Shown here piece after piece: positions 17,919-27,974 of a DNA stretch of 64,000 nucleotides (positions within the stretch are counted from its first letter, which is position 1; the number at the start of each line of letters is the position of its first letter). The notes under the pieces were generated by a model. The model did not search any database. It was not told where the DNA came from and worked only from the letters and a program-made list of their open reading frames with translations. Made by a program: the position numbers and the translations under genes. The stretch is from Lachnospiraceae bacterium (lineage in GTDB: Bacteria > Bacillota > Clostridia > Lachnospirales > Lachnospiraceae): assembly GCA_024682075.1 (NCBI GenBank), contig JAIKZQ010000050.1, forward strand, positions 40,718 through 104,717. Reading direction: 5' to 3'.

Positions 17919-19064
17919 ATGAATAAAAAAATCGACAAAATCTCAATGGCAGGAATTATCCTTTTGCTCGTGACAGCCGCCACGGTTTTCGCGGTAAACT
18001 TACGCATCCCGTTTATGATGGATGACTTATGGTATTCAACTCTTCTGTATTCCCCCGAACGAATCGATTCCTTTTCCGACATAATAAGCGCCCAGGTCTG
18101 GCATTATAACAACTGGGGCGGAAGAAGCATCACCCACGGCCTTCTCCAGCTGATACTCATGTGCGGGGAAAGCGCTGCGGATGTGCTCAACACACTGTTC
18201 ATCTTCATTCTCTCAGGTTCCATGCTGCTGACGGCATCCGTCGCTTCCGGCAAAACAAAGAATCTTCCGGCAAGTCTCTCAGCCTGCGCAGGAATGATCA
18301 TCGGTCTTAACGCCAACTGGAAGATGAGCATGTTCTGGGAGGCCGGAGCTGCCAATTACCTGTTCATCACCGTCTTCATAATGCTGTTTTTATTCTGCTA
18401 TCTCAGGGAAGTTCCCGAAAAAGAAAACGCGGATCACAAAAGTCTTCCCGGAATATGCATATGGATGATCCCTCTCGCGATCATCGCAGGATGGAGCAAC
18501 GAGAACATGGGCCCCACCTGTTTTATCATCTCAGTCGCCACCATGATACTGATCAAAAGAGCGGGCAAAAAGATCTCTCTTTGGATGATCGAAGGAAGCA
18601 TCCTGTCCCTTGCGGGTTCCGTGATGTGCATCGTTGCACCCGGAAATTTTGTCCGCAACTCCCAGATTCCCAAGAAAGGTTTTCTGTGGACGATCTTCCT
18701 GAGATGCTACACGGAATGCACCGCGGCACTCAGTTTCCAGATCCTGACCGTCACTGTTCTCGCCGCTATACTCCTGATAAGCACCGTCTTCTGTGGCATA
18801 AAGCTGAAGAAGACGGAAAAGCTCCTGCTCCTTGCATCACTTCTTTCATGGGGCGCCATGTTTTTGTCACCGCATTATCCCGACAGGGCCACTTTCGGCA
18901 CCATGTGTCTGATGATAACCGTCATCATGTCAAGAGTTTCCCTGACCGTTAAACAAAAAAAAGAAGCCCTCGGGCCTCTTTTTCTCGGATCTATGATCAT
19001 CTGGGTCAAGGGCATGTATGACCTGACCGAATTTCTGGCAATATGTTTCGGATGGATCACCTGA
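17919..19064 (+). CDS. DUF6056-like polytopic membrane protein (possible GT-C fold)
   Basis: MMDDLWY, WGGRS, GAANYL, WSNEN and APGN motifs; about 10 TM segments. Confidence 0.65.
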   Translation: MNKKIDKISMAGIILLLVTAATVFAVNLRIPFMMDDLWYSTLLYSPERIDSFSDIISAQVWHYNNWGGRSITHGLLQLILMCGESAADVLNTLFIFILSGSMLLTASVASGKTKNLPASLSACAGMIIGLNANWKMSMFWEAGAANYLFITVFIMLFLFCYLREVPEKENADHKSLPGICIWMIPLAIIAGWSNENMGPTCFIISVATMILIKRAGKKISLWMIEGSILSLAGSVMCIVAPGNFVRNSQIPKKGFLWTIFLRCYTECTAALSFQILTVTVLAAILLISTVFCGIKLKKTEKLLLLASLLSWGAMFLSPHYPDRATFGTMCLMITVIMSRVSLTVKQKKEALGPLFLGSMIIWVKGMYDLTEFLAICFGWIT

Positions 19065-19068
19065 TGAA

Positions 19069-20610
19069 CTAAGCACGTGCGTGATGAGGTGAATCATCAT
19101 ATTCTTTCATATATTCTTTGACATAATCGGCATCGGATCTGCATGGCGCATATACGGTGCCGTATTTTTGTCTGGTTTCCTCGCCTTTTCCGGTTATGAG
19201 CAGGACTGTGGGCTTTCTGACTTCCATTATCGACTTGTGAATGGCCGCGCCTCTGTCCTCGATCTCTTCGTATTCTATTCCGGCTTCCCTGGCATATGAA
19301 GCGACCTCTTTCGAGATCTCCTCTGCAGGATCAGGACCGGGATCCTCTGCGCAGATGTAAAGTTTGTCCGCGTACTTTGCTGCAGTCTGAGGAAGTTCAT
19401 ACCTTCTCTGATATGCCTTTCCTCCGGGGCATCCGAATATTCCGACGATCCTTGATCCCGGATACTCCTTTTTGGCGGATGAATACAGTGCCTCAAAGCT
19501 CAGCTTGTTATGAGCATAATCGACAAATGCATTGATCAGGCCGTCCCTGCTTTTGAAATGTTCCATTCTTCCGGGAGATTTTGCCTTGCGGAGTCCTTCT
19601 TTTATGTCACTGACGGGAATCTTGTATGCTCTTGCAGCAGCGATGACTCCGAGGGCATTTTCCACATTGAAAAGTCCCGGCATCGTCAGTTCAAAATCCT
19701 CTTCAAAAGAATCCTCACCGTTCGCCCTGACCTTGAAGAAAATGCTGTCTCCTTCTTTTCTGATATCCGTTGCATGATAATCCGCGGATCCGTCTTTACA
19801 GCTGAATGTCACGATTCTTCCAGCAGCCCCTGCTTCATCCAGAACTCTGTCTATGCAATCGGAATCAAGATTAACGACAGCTGTGTCACAAAGTGCGAAC
19901 ATCTTCATCTTGGATGCCAGATAATCTTCGAAATCGGCATGTTCATTGGGGCTTATATGATCTTCGGATATGTTCATGAACACTCCGACGCCGAATCTCA
20001 TGCCCAGCACTCTGTCATATTTGAGAGCCTGGCTGGAGACTTCCATCTCAAGATAATCGATCCCGCTGGATACGGCATTATCCAGATGCATGTGAAGTTC
20101 CAGTGACTCTGCGGTAGTAATATGGGATTCTTCTCTTATGACCCCGTCGTAATTATCTATCGAGGAGAGCACCGCGCTTTCCGGCTTGCCCATTCCTTTC
20201 AGATATTCATCCACGACATATTTCATGTAATAGGTCGATGTTGATTTTCCCTTGGTCCCGCCGAAAGCGGTTATGTTTATCTTGTTCTGAGGATAGTCGT
20301 AGAACAGATCTCCGAGCATAGGCATTGCTTTCCTGATGTCGGTCACGATCATGGCAGGTATCCCGTTTCCTTCCGGATACTCACTTTCCGACACATAAGC
20401 CACAGCGCCGTCACTTATCGCACTCTTAAGATACTCGGATTTAAAAGCGGCACCTTTGCACACAAAAAGCGTTCCCTGCCTGACCTGTCTGGAATCATAT
20501 GTGACTGATTCGATCCTGACACCAAATTCTTCTTCAAGATTGCATTTGACCAGAAGTCCCGCTTCCTGCAGTGCATCCCTGTATTTTTCAAGATTCATGA
20601 CCTTGCTCAT
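19069..20610 (-). CDS. murE: UDP-MurNAc-tripeptide synthetase (MurE family) with a non-DAP-type specificity loop
   Basis: GGTKGKST P-loop, EVSSQAL, NISEDH, DYAHN and LITGKG; EDPG where DAP-specific enzymes have DNPR. Confidence 0.85.
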   Translation of the reverse strand: MSKVMNLEKYRDALQEAGLLVKCNLEEEFGVRIESVTYDSRQVRQGTLFVCKGAAFKSEYLKSAISDGAVAYVSESEYPEGNGIPAMIVTDIRKAMPMLGDLFYDYPQNKINITAFGGTKGKSTSTYYMKYVVDEYLKGMGKPESAVLSSIDNYDGVIREESHITTAESLELHMHLDNAVSSGIDYLEMEVSSQALKYDRVLGMRFGVGVFMNISEDHISPNEHADFEDYLASKMKMFALCDTAVVNLDSDCIDRVLDEAGAAGRIVTFSCKDGSADYHATDIRKEGDSIFFKVRANGEDSFEEDFELTMPGLFNVENALGVIAAARAYKIPVSDIKEGLRKAKSPGRMEHFKSRDGLINAFVDYAHNKLSFEALYSSAKKEYPGSRIVGIFGCPGGKAYQRRYELPQTAAKYADKLYICAEDPGPDPAEEISKEVASYAREAGIEYEEIEDRGAAIHKSIMEVRKPTVLLITGKGEETRQKYGTVYAPCRSDADYVKEYMKEYDDSPHHARA

Positions 20611-21335
20611 AATTCCTCGTACTCCGCTCCGCTTCTGATGATGGATTCCCTGACCAGGACATCCAGGGCATCAACGCAATGAACCGGCACCTTGTGATGT
20701 TTCTTGTATACGCTGAGTTCGGTGCATGCAAGAATGATCACATTACAGCCCTTGTCCTGAAGATTGGATACAGCCGCATGGAACTTATCCTCATCACCGA
20801 GCTTTCCTGCCTTGATGTCATCATATATCAGGGACATTACCTTCTTCTGATACCCGGGATCGGGGATATCGGATTCAAGGCCGTATTTGGTACACGCCTT
20901 CTGATAAAGTCCCGTCTTGACAGCACCATCCGTTGCAAGTATTCCGACCTTCTTCACCCTGATCTCGCCCTCTGCGATGGATCTTGCGGTTTCCTCGATC
21001 ATATTGATGACAGGAATGTCAGTCATCGCCTGTATCCTGTCTATGAAAAAGTGTGAAGTGTTACAGGGTATCGCTATATTCCCGGCTCCGCATTTTTCAA
21101 GCTTTTCAATCTCGCCCTTCATGGCCTGCAGGAGTGCGTCGTGCTCTCCGGTATTGATTGCCTCGGTCCTGTCCGGCATTGATGCGTGACTCAGAATGAC
21201 CATGTCGATATGATCCTGATCCCTGAGAGCTTTTGTATGTGCAATGACTTCTTCATAGAAGTATGCCGTTGCCTCCGGACCCATTCCTCCTATCACGCCT
21301 AATATCTTCTTCATAAGATCATCCTTTTCACTCAA
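20607..21335 (-). CDS. Aspartate/glutamate racemase family protein (probable aspartate racemase)
   Basis: GVIGGMGPEAT, IPCNT and LACTEL (both catalytic Cys present). Confidence 0.88.
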   Translation of the reverse strand: MSEKDDLMKKILGVIGGMGPEATAYFYEEVIAHTKALRDQDHIDMVILSHASMPDRTEAINTGEHDALLQAMKGEIEKLEKCGAGNIAIPCNTSHFFIDRIQAMTDIPVINMIEETARSIAEGEIRVKKVGILATDGAVKTGLYQKACTKYGLESDIPDPGYQKKVMSLIYDDIKAGKLGDEDKFHAAVSNLQDKGCNVIILACTELSVYKKHHKVPVHCVDALDVLVRESIIRSGAEYEEL

Positions 21336-22567
21336 AGCTTGTAGTATTTTTTGAACTTGACATAATGGCTGAAATACGTCCGGATCATCCTGTACATCCT
21401 GCCCGGCTCGGAATCACCCTTGAGGAATACCGGATTTACAACCTGTCCGGAATTCCAGAGTTTTATCATCCTCTCTTTAAGTTCCGGATCCCTGACATAC
21501 TTAAGAGCAACGCCCTTCGGAACCACCGTCCACAGATGCTCCTCCTCCGCATACTTAAGAGGAAGCTCCTTTCCGTAGAAATAGTCCTCGGTAATGTACT
21601 CGGCAACATTGAAACCGGAGCCTGTCACATAATAATTGCTGCGACCCTGTCTTGTGTTGATCTCAAAGAATTTGAATTTTCCGTCACGCGTGTCATATTT
21701 GATATCGAAGTTCGAATATCCGACATAATGCATTGACTCAAGCAGCCCCTTTACTCTCTCCATCAGCTCCTTATTGGGCTCTGTGATGATGAGAGCGTGG
21801 TTTCCGAGTCCGTGGGGGGTATGCTCTTCGAGGAGCACATGTCCCAGACACATCATCCTGACTTTTCCTTCATGATCGGAATATGATGTCAGCACTCTCA
21901 TGTACTCATCATTTCCGGGGATCATGTCCTGGATGATCATCTTATCCGTATATCCTGCCGAGTAAATATCATTCAGCACGCTGATAAGCTCATCACGGTC
22001 ATGTATCGTGTATACTTTTTTCTGTGTGTCAAAGGGATGCTCCCAGTACTGGATGCCGTTTGAAGGCTTCATGATGACAGGATACGGAAAAGACATCTCA
22101 AAATCTTCGCCCATATTCCGGTCATATATGACAGTTCCGGGATAGTCGATGCCCCACTTATCGCAGAGGCCATAGAAAGTTTCTTTCATCTGAAGAGAAT
22201 GCATCAGCTCATAATCGATATACGGAGTGATGACGTTCTCTGCGAGCTCATTCTTATGCTTTGAGCAAAGCGCCACATATGAATCCCCGCAACCGATGAG
22301 TATTATGGTCTTATCCTTATGAGATGCGGCAAAATCATTGATCCTCTTAACAAAATAGTCATCGGTCTCTATTCTTGGATCGGCTTCATATTCAATGAAC
22401 CTGCTTCCGTAGCTCGGACCGGTCGCGTATTTTCCGAAAACGTAACATTTTACGTTGTATTTTTCATAAAAGGCTCTTGAAACGCTGTAAGTATTGATAT
22501 CCCCTCCGAGCATTACAGGGATGAATTCTTTTTCCGTAAAAGTCATGGATCCGTTCGTTCCTTTCAC
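21332..22567 (-). CDS. ATP-grasp carboxylate-amine ligase, D-aspartate ligase (Asl)-like
   Basis: LGGDINTYSVSRAF, YPVIMKP, IQDMIPG, NFDIKYD and FEINTRQGRSNY; coupled to the racemase gene. Confidence 0.85.
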   Translation of the reverse strand: MKGTNGSMTFTEKEFIPVMLGGDINTYSVSRAFYEKYNVKCYVFGKYATGPSYGSRFIEYEADPRIETDDYFVKRINDFAASHKDKTIILIGCGDSYVALCSKHKNELAENVITPYIDYELMHSLQMKETFYGLCDKWGIDYPGTVIYDRNMGEDFEMSFPYPVIMKPSNGIQYWEHPFDTQKKVYTIHDRDELISVLNDIYSAGYTDKMIIQDMIPGNDEYMRVLTSYSDHEGKVRMMCLGHVLLEEHTPHGLGNHALIITEPNKELMERVKGLLESMHYVGYSNFDIKYDTRDGKFKFFEINTRQGRSNYYVTGSGFNVAEYITEDYFYGKELPLKYAEEEHLWTVVPKGVALKYVRDPELKERMIKLWNSGQVVNPVFLKGDSEPGRMYRMIRTYFSHYVKFKKYYKL

Positions 22568-22708
22568 TTTAATGCCATGAACAACATCATTTAGTATACC
22601 ACATTTTGGCTTCCCTGCGTCATTTGCAAAGGCTTTCGATAAATCTTGGAATATCTCTTCTTTTGAAGTAAAATGTATGTTCAGAATCAGGAAAACAGAG
22701 GTTTCAGG

Positions 22709-23788
22709 ATGAAAAAACCATTAAAGATCACATTAAAGGTCCTGTTATGGATCATCGCGGCATCTGCGGGTGCTTTCGTGCTCATGATACTGTGGCTGAC
22801 GATCCGTGAATACAGACCTGCCGAAAAAGAAGCTCTGAGCGTTGAGTCCTCCGGCGCAGGCACGGCCGTTTCGCTGAACGAAGAGATCCGGATCATGACA
22901 TGGAATGTCGGTTGCGGCGTGCTCGGCGATAATGCCGATTTCTTCATGGATGGCGGCAGCATGGTCTACACAGCGGATAAAGACCGGGCACGGAGCAATC
23001 TGTCCGGGATCTGCGAAACTTTAAGCGAAACAGGTGCGGACATCATTCTGCTCCAGGAAGCCGACCGGGATGCGTCCAGATCCTACCACATAGACGAGAC
23101 TGCGATCGTTTCGAATCTTTTTCCCGAATACGATCATACATATGCATACAACTTTCACGTTGATTACGTCCCCTATCCGATCCCGCCAATTGGAGAGGTA
23201 AAAAGCGGACTTTTGACTTTATCACGCTTTGGCATCTCATCAGCCGAAAGGATCCAACTCCCCTGTCCCTTCAAGTGGCCCACAAGAGTTGCCAATCTCA
23301 AGAGATGCTTATCGGTAAACAGGATCCCCATCGAAGGATCCGGCTCGCAGCTGGTGATCGTCAATCTGCACCTCGAAGCGTATGATGACGGAGAAGGCAA
23401 GGAAGCTCAGACAAGAATGCTCTGCGAATTCCTCGAAAATGAGGTTGCAGCCGGCAATTACGTCATAGCAGGGGGAGATTTTAACCAGACATTCTCGGGC
23501 ACAGATGCCTCTGCATATCCCGCATATGAGGACAAATGGCATCCGGGCATCCTGGATGAATCGGCATTTCCGGGCAGTTTTACTTTCCTTCAGGATCCTT
23601 CATCCCCGAGCTGCAGATCACTGGATCAGCCCTATGACACGGCTTCGGACAAAGAGCACTTCCAATTCTATGTGATAGACGGATTCATAGTCTCAAGCGG
23701 CATAGAGGTGATCCGGGCAGATACCGTGAATCTGAATTTCAGAAACACAGACCACAATCCCGTCGTGATGGATGTGATAATACACTGA
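22709..23788 (+). CDS. Membrane-anchored endonuclease/exonuclease/phosphatase (EEP) family protein
   Basis: N-terminal TM; MTWNVG, LLQEAD, NLHLEA, GGDFNQ and TDHNPV; ATG at 22709 preferred over 22673. Confidence 0.85.
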   Translation: MKKPLKITLKVLLWIIAASAGAFVLMILWLTIREYRPAEKEALSVESSGAGTAVSLNEEIRIMTWNVGCGVLGDNADFFMDGGSMVYTADKDRARSNLSGICETLSETGADIILLQEADRDASRSYHIDETAIVSNLFPEYDHTYAYNFHVDYVPYPIPPIGEVKSGLLTLSRFGISSAERIQLPCPFKWPTRVANLKRCLSVNRIPIEGSGSQLVIVNLHLEAYDDGEGKEAQTRMLCEFLENEVAAGNYVIAGGDFNQTFSGTDASAYPAYEDKWHPGILDESAFPGSFTFLQDPSSPSCRSLDQPYDTASDKEHFQFYVIDGFIVSSGIEVIRADTVNLNFRNTDHNPVVMDVIIH

Positions 23789-23819
23789 TGTTTTATATGC
23801 ACACTGATGTTTCATACGC
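23782..23819 (+). repeat. 19-bp tandem direct repeat with 2 mismatches, spanning the EEP stop codon
   Basis: acactgatgttttatatgc followed by acactgatgtttcatacgc. Confidence 0.8.
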
Positions 23820-23824
23820 AAGAG

Positions 23825-23856
23825 CAGGCCCCGCCTTTCGGCAGGGCCTGTTTTTT
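23825..23856 (+). terminator. Intrinsic terminator between convergent EEP and pgi genes
   Basis: caggccc-cgcc-tttc-ggca-gggcctg followed by T6. Confidence 0.8.
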
Positions 23857-23891
23857 GCAATGAATAGATGTTATCGGAATCTTTAGATCTG

Positions 23892-25463
23892 TCAGATCTC
23901 GAAGAGATCACTGTATGCCTTAAGAGCACCGTCGGTCTCATGAGCAAGTACCTTCTTGGCAAGTACTTTGCCGAGCTGTACTCCCTCCTGATCGAAGCTG
24001 TTAAGGTTCCATACAAATCCCTGGAACATGACCTTATTCTCAAAGTGCGCAAGAAGTGCTCCGAGAGCTTCGGGGGTGAGCTTTTCTCCCACGATTATGC
24101 TGGAAGGTCTGTTTCCGGCGAAATTCTTATTCTTATTGTCATCAGCCTTGCCGCCTGCAAAGGCCATGATCTGAGCAACGACATTAGCACAGAGCTTCTT
24201 CTGGCTGGTGCTGCCCTGAATGTCAACATCTACGCCCTGCTGGCTCTCCTTAAATCCGATGAACTGAAGCGGGATTATGTCGGTGCCCTGATGAAGGAGC
24301 TGATAGAATGAGTGCTGTCCGTTTGTTCCGGGCTCACCGAAAATTACGGGACCGGTCACATAACTGACAGGCTCTCCGAATCTGTTCACGCTCTTTCCGT
24401 TTGACTCCATGTCAAGCTGCTGAAGATGAGCCGGGAATCTGCTCATTGCCTGTGAATAAGGCAGGACAGCAGTAGAGCCGTAGCCAAGGACGTTCCTTTC
24501 ATACACGCCGATGAGTGCATCGAGAAGATCGGGATTCTCAAGGATATCGGATGCAGTAGCAAGCTTATCCTCTTCAGCTGCTCCGTTAAGGAATCTTGCA
24601 AATATGTCGGGACCGAATGCAAGTGAAAGAACGGCACCGCCGACTGCCGATGTTGATGAATATCTTCCGCCGATGTAGTCATCCATGAAGAATGCATCAA
24701 GATAATCGCTGTTTCCTGCAAGAGGAGATGTTTCGGATGTGACGGCGATCATATGTTTGGAAGGATCAAGACCCGCCTTCTTAAGCGCATCCTTCACAAA
24801 TGCTTCATTGGTGAGTGTCTCAAGAGTGGTTCCGGACTTGGACACGAGGATGAAGATGGAATGAGCCACATCAACGTTTGCAAGGACGCCTGCTGCATCA
24901 TCGGGATCCACGTTTGAGATGAACTGTGCTCCCATCTTGAAGCATCCGTTTACCTTTGCCCAGTTCTCAAGCGCAAGGTACATTGCCCTGGGGCCGAGAT
25001 CAGATCCGCCTATGCCGATCTGCACTGCGGTGGTGAACTTCTCGCCCTTTTCATTTACTATCTCACCGGCATGAACCTTGTTTGCAAATTCAGCGATCCT
25101 TTCCTGCTGTTTTACATAGAAAGCTCTCTTGTCGGTTCCGTCACACTCTACCTTATTGCCGAGCTGTCCCCTTGTGAGATGATGAAGCACAAGTCTCTTC
25201 TCACCCGTGTTGATGACCTCTCCGTTAAAAAGAGCCTCAAACTTCTCGACAAGGCCTGCCTCATCGGCAAGTTTCTGCAGATCCTTCAGGATGGCATCAT
25301 CCACATTCTTGGCAGCGAAATTATAATCCATGCCGGCTGCCATCCTGACAGAGTACTTCTGTACCCTCTCTGCCGTCATGACCTTGGTGAGGTCTGCGGG
25401 AGCGTCGGATGCAAGTTTTGCGGATGCATCAAGCTGATCGTAGTTAATCCATTTAATTGCCAT
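23892..25463 (-). CDS. pgi: Glucose-6-phosphate isomerase
   Basis: IGIGGSDLGP, SKSGTTLET, GGRYS, QQLDMESNGK, GTNGQHSFYQLLHQG and FDQEGVQLGK. Confidence 0.96.
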   Translation of the reverse strand: MAIKWINYDQLDASAKLASDAPADLTKVMTAERVQKYSVRMAAGMDYNFAAKNVDDAILKDLQKLADEAGLVEKFEALFNGEVINTGEKRLVLHHLTRGQLGNKVECDGTDKRAFYVKQQERIAEFANKVHAGEIVNEKGEKFTTAVQIGIGGSDLGPRAMYLALENWAKVNGCFKMGAQFISNVDPDDAAGVLANVDVAHSIFILVSKSGTTLETLTNEAFVKDALKKAGLDPSKHMIAVTSETSPLAGNSDYLDAFFMDDYIGGRYSSTSAVGGAVLSLAFGPDIFARFLNGAAEEDKLATASDILENPDLLDALIGVYERNVLGYGSTAVLPYSQAMSRFPAHLQQLDMESNGKSVNRFGEPVSYVTGPVIFGEPGTNGQHSFYQLLHQGTDIIPLQFIGFKESQQGVDVDIQGSTSQKKLCANVVAQIMAFAGGKADDNKNKNFAGNRPSSIIVGEKLTPEALGALLAHFENKVMFQGFVWNLNSFDQEGVQLGKVLAKKVLAHETDGALKAYSDLFEI

Positions 25464-25536
25464 ATCTTTGTCTCCTTCATGATTTAGGATTTATAGTGCA
25501 TTGACTAACATATATTACTAGTTTGGCGGACGTTTT

Positions 25537-27861
25537 TCAACGTTCGGAACCGGACATTTCTATGGAAAGAGTAGCCTCATAAATCCTGACGCTCCTTGCC
25601 TTTATCCTGAATGAGCCGTAGCATCGTTCTCTTTCGGTTTCAAAGGGTTTTTCCAGAAATGTATCGGCTGCCAGTACCCAGCTGTATCCGCTTCCCTTCG
25701 GAAGTGCCGGAAGGGTCGCATCCAGATCTTCCCAATATGTATTTACTGCCAGAAATACCGCCTGAGGATAGTTACGGTTATATTTTCCGGGATAACCCGC
25801 AAAGCACACTCCGACATAGTGGGAATAATCACAGAAATCGCTTTTCCAGGCCTGCGTGTCATGAACCGACATTCCGGGAAGTCCCAGTGCGTCATTTCCG
25901 CAGTTCTTGCGGATGCAGTCATGTTCCTTCCTGAATCTTATGAGATTCTTGAAAAAGTCGAACAGATCCCTGTTTGAATCCAGATCTTTCCAGTTGAGCC
26001 AGGAAATGTAATTATCCTGACAATATGCATTGTTATTGCCGCCCTGCGAGTTGCCGAACTCGTCTCCCATGAAGAACATCGGGGTGCCGCGGCTGATCAT
26101 CAGGACCGCTGCGGCATTTCGCACCATTCGTCTCCTGAGTGCATTTATCTCGGGATCGCTGGTCTCACCCTCCGTTCCGCAGTTCCAGCTTCTGTTATCA
26201 TCCGCACCGTCGGTATTGTTCCAGTTATTCTCCTCGTTGTGCTTCTGATTATAGACGTACATGTCATGGAGAGTGAATCCGTCATGGCAGTCCAGAAAGT
26301 TCACGGATGCGTTGTGGCCTCTCACTTCGGGTATGTACAGATCCGGCGATCCGCATATTCTCTTTGCGGCATCGCACGCCTTTCCTTCATCTCCCTTAAG
26401 GAAAGATCTGAGATCGTCTCTGTATCTTCCGTTCCACTCAGCCCATCTGTTCCAAGAAGGAAACGTACCGACCTGATACAATCCGCCGGCATCCCAGGCT
26501 TCCGCGATCAGCTTGACTTTTCCGAGAATGGGATCATATGCGAGACTCTGCAAAAGGGGCGGCTTGCTCATGGGTGAGCCGTCTTCATTTCTTCCGAGTA
26601 TCGATGCAAGATCGAATCTGAATCCGTCAATGTGATACGTCGTGACCCAGTATCTCAGGCAGTCCAGGATAAGGTTCTGGACAAGCGGATGATTGCAGTT
26701 AAGCGTATTGCCGCATCCCGAGAAATTGAAATAATGCCCGTCCGTAGTGAGCATATAATATATGTTGTTGTCTATTCCCTTGAGTGAAAACGCCGGGCCG
26801 TTCTCGTTGCCCTCGGCAGTATGATTGAAAACAACATCCAAAAGGACATCTATGTCATTTTCGTGACACAGCTTTATCAGCTGTCTGAGTTCCGTTCCTT
26901 CGCGGTTATACTCAAGTGCCGAGGTGTAACTGGTATTGGGTGCAAAGAAGGACACGGTATTGTAGCCCCAGTAATCCATGAGCTCTCTTCCGTAGAAATC
27001 CCTGTGATCGAGGGTCTCATCGAATTCGAATATAGGCATCAGTTCAAGCGCATTGACGCCCAGTTCCTTAAGATAGGGGAGTTTTTCCATGATGCCGGCA
27101 AAGGTACCCGCCTTGTCTCCCGTTCCCGAAGAAGCATCCTTGGTAAAGCCCCTGACATGCATCTCATATATAATGAGATCTTCCATGGGCTTAAGCTTTC
27201 TCGTTGTCCTGCCCCAGTCAAAGTTGTTCTTCACAACGCGGGCTTTGTAGACGGAGGCATTATGCTGTCCCCACACGCTCTGTCCAGTGACAGCCTTTGC
27301 ATACGGATCGAGGACTATCCTGTTCCTGTCAAATATCAGGCCCTTCGCCTTGTCATACGGCCCGTCGAACCTGTATGCATATTCAAAGTCTTCTATGTCT
27401 ATGTCGAACACTATCATCGACCAGACATTTCCTATACGGTAACTGTCGGGAAAAGGAAGAATGGCATACGGAGTATTGCTTTCTCTTTTGAACAAAAGAA
27501 GCTCGCATGAATATGCCTGATTGGAAGAAATGGTAAAGTTAACTCCTGTCGGGATCGCCGTTGCACCGTTCAGCTCATAGATACCGGGCCTTACTCCGAA
27601 ACCTTCGATAACGTCATAAGGCTCCATGTGGATCTCTCCGAGATTGGAGATCGCGGCACGGACATCCGAGATGGTCGCGAACTTCCTTACGGCGTTCTTG
27701 GTCTCAAGTGCTATTTCCTCGGCTGAGGCAGACAGATTCTTCACAGCCGTTTTTTTCGCAGGCTTTTCCGCAGCGGATGCCGCAGACTTTGAAACAGACT
27801 TTGTGTCCGTCTTTGAAGTGCTTTTTTTTGATGAGGTCTTCTTTCCGGTCGTCTCTGACAT
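25537..27861 (-). CDS. glgX: Glycogen debranching enzyme (GH13 isoamylase type) with N-terminal low-complexity extension
   Basis: IYEMHVRGFT, YWGYNT, DVVFNHTAEG, GFRFDLAS, AEAWD and CHDGFTLHD. Confidence 0.93.
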   Translation of the reverse strand: MSETTGKKTSSKKSTSKTDTKSVSKSAASAAEKPAKKTAVKNLSASAEEIALETKNAVRKFATISDVRAAISNLGEIHMEPYDVIEGFGVRPGIYELNGATAIPTGVNFTISSNQAYSCELLLFKRESNTPYAILPFPDSYRIGNVWSMIVFDIDIEDFEYAYRFDGPYDKAKGLIFDRNRIVLDPYAKAVTGQSVWGQHNASVYKARVVKNNFDWGRTTRKLKPMEDLIIYEMHVRGFTKDASSGTGDKAGTFAGIMEKLPYLKELGVNALELMPIFEFDETLDHRDFYGRELMDYWGYNTVSFFAPNTSYTSALEYNREGTELRQLIKLCHENDIDVLLDVVFNHTAEGNENGPAFSLKGIDNNIYYMLTTDGHYFNFSGCGNTLNCNHPLVQNLILDCLRYWVTTYHIDGFRFDLASILGRNEDGSPMSKPPLLQSLAYDPILGKVKLIAEAWDAGGLYQVGTFPSWNRWAEWNGRYRDDLRSFLKGDEGKACDAAKRICGSPDLYIPEVRGHNASVNFLDCHDGFTLHDMYVYNQKHNEENNWNNTDGADDNRSWNCGTEGETSDPEINALRRRMVRNAAAVLMISRGTPMFFMGDEFGNSQGGNNNAYCQDNYISWLNWKDLDSNRDLFDFFKNLIRFRKEHDCIRKNCGNDALGLPGMSVHDTQAWKSDFCDYSHYVGVCFAGYPGKYNRNYPQAVFLAVNTYWEDLDATLPALPKGSGYSWVLAADTFLEKPFETERERCYGSFRIKARSVRIYEATLSIEMSGSER

Positions 27862-27921
27862 GAAAAATCCTCCCTAGAATATCACATAAGAACGTGATAA
27901 TTATACCATTTTCGCAGGTGT

Positions 27922-27950
27922 TTGCATATATTGCGGGCCTGTGGTAGTAT
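27922..27950 (+). promoter_or_regulatory. Sigma70-type promoter upstream of the cobalamin riboswitch
   Basis: TTGCAT-N17-TAGTAT with an extended -10 TG. Confidence 0.55.
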
Positions 27951-27974
27951 CTGTTTGCAACAAAATAATGAAAA

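Noticed and set aside
27875-27894. Inverted repeat tatcac-N8-gtgata upstream of glgX
   Set aside because: It has only 6-bp arms and does not match the Rex or CRP/FNR geometry I know. Too weak without comparative data.
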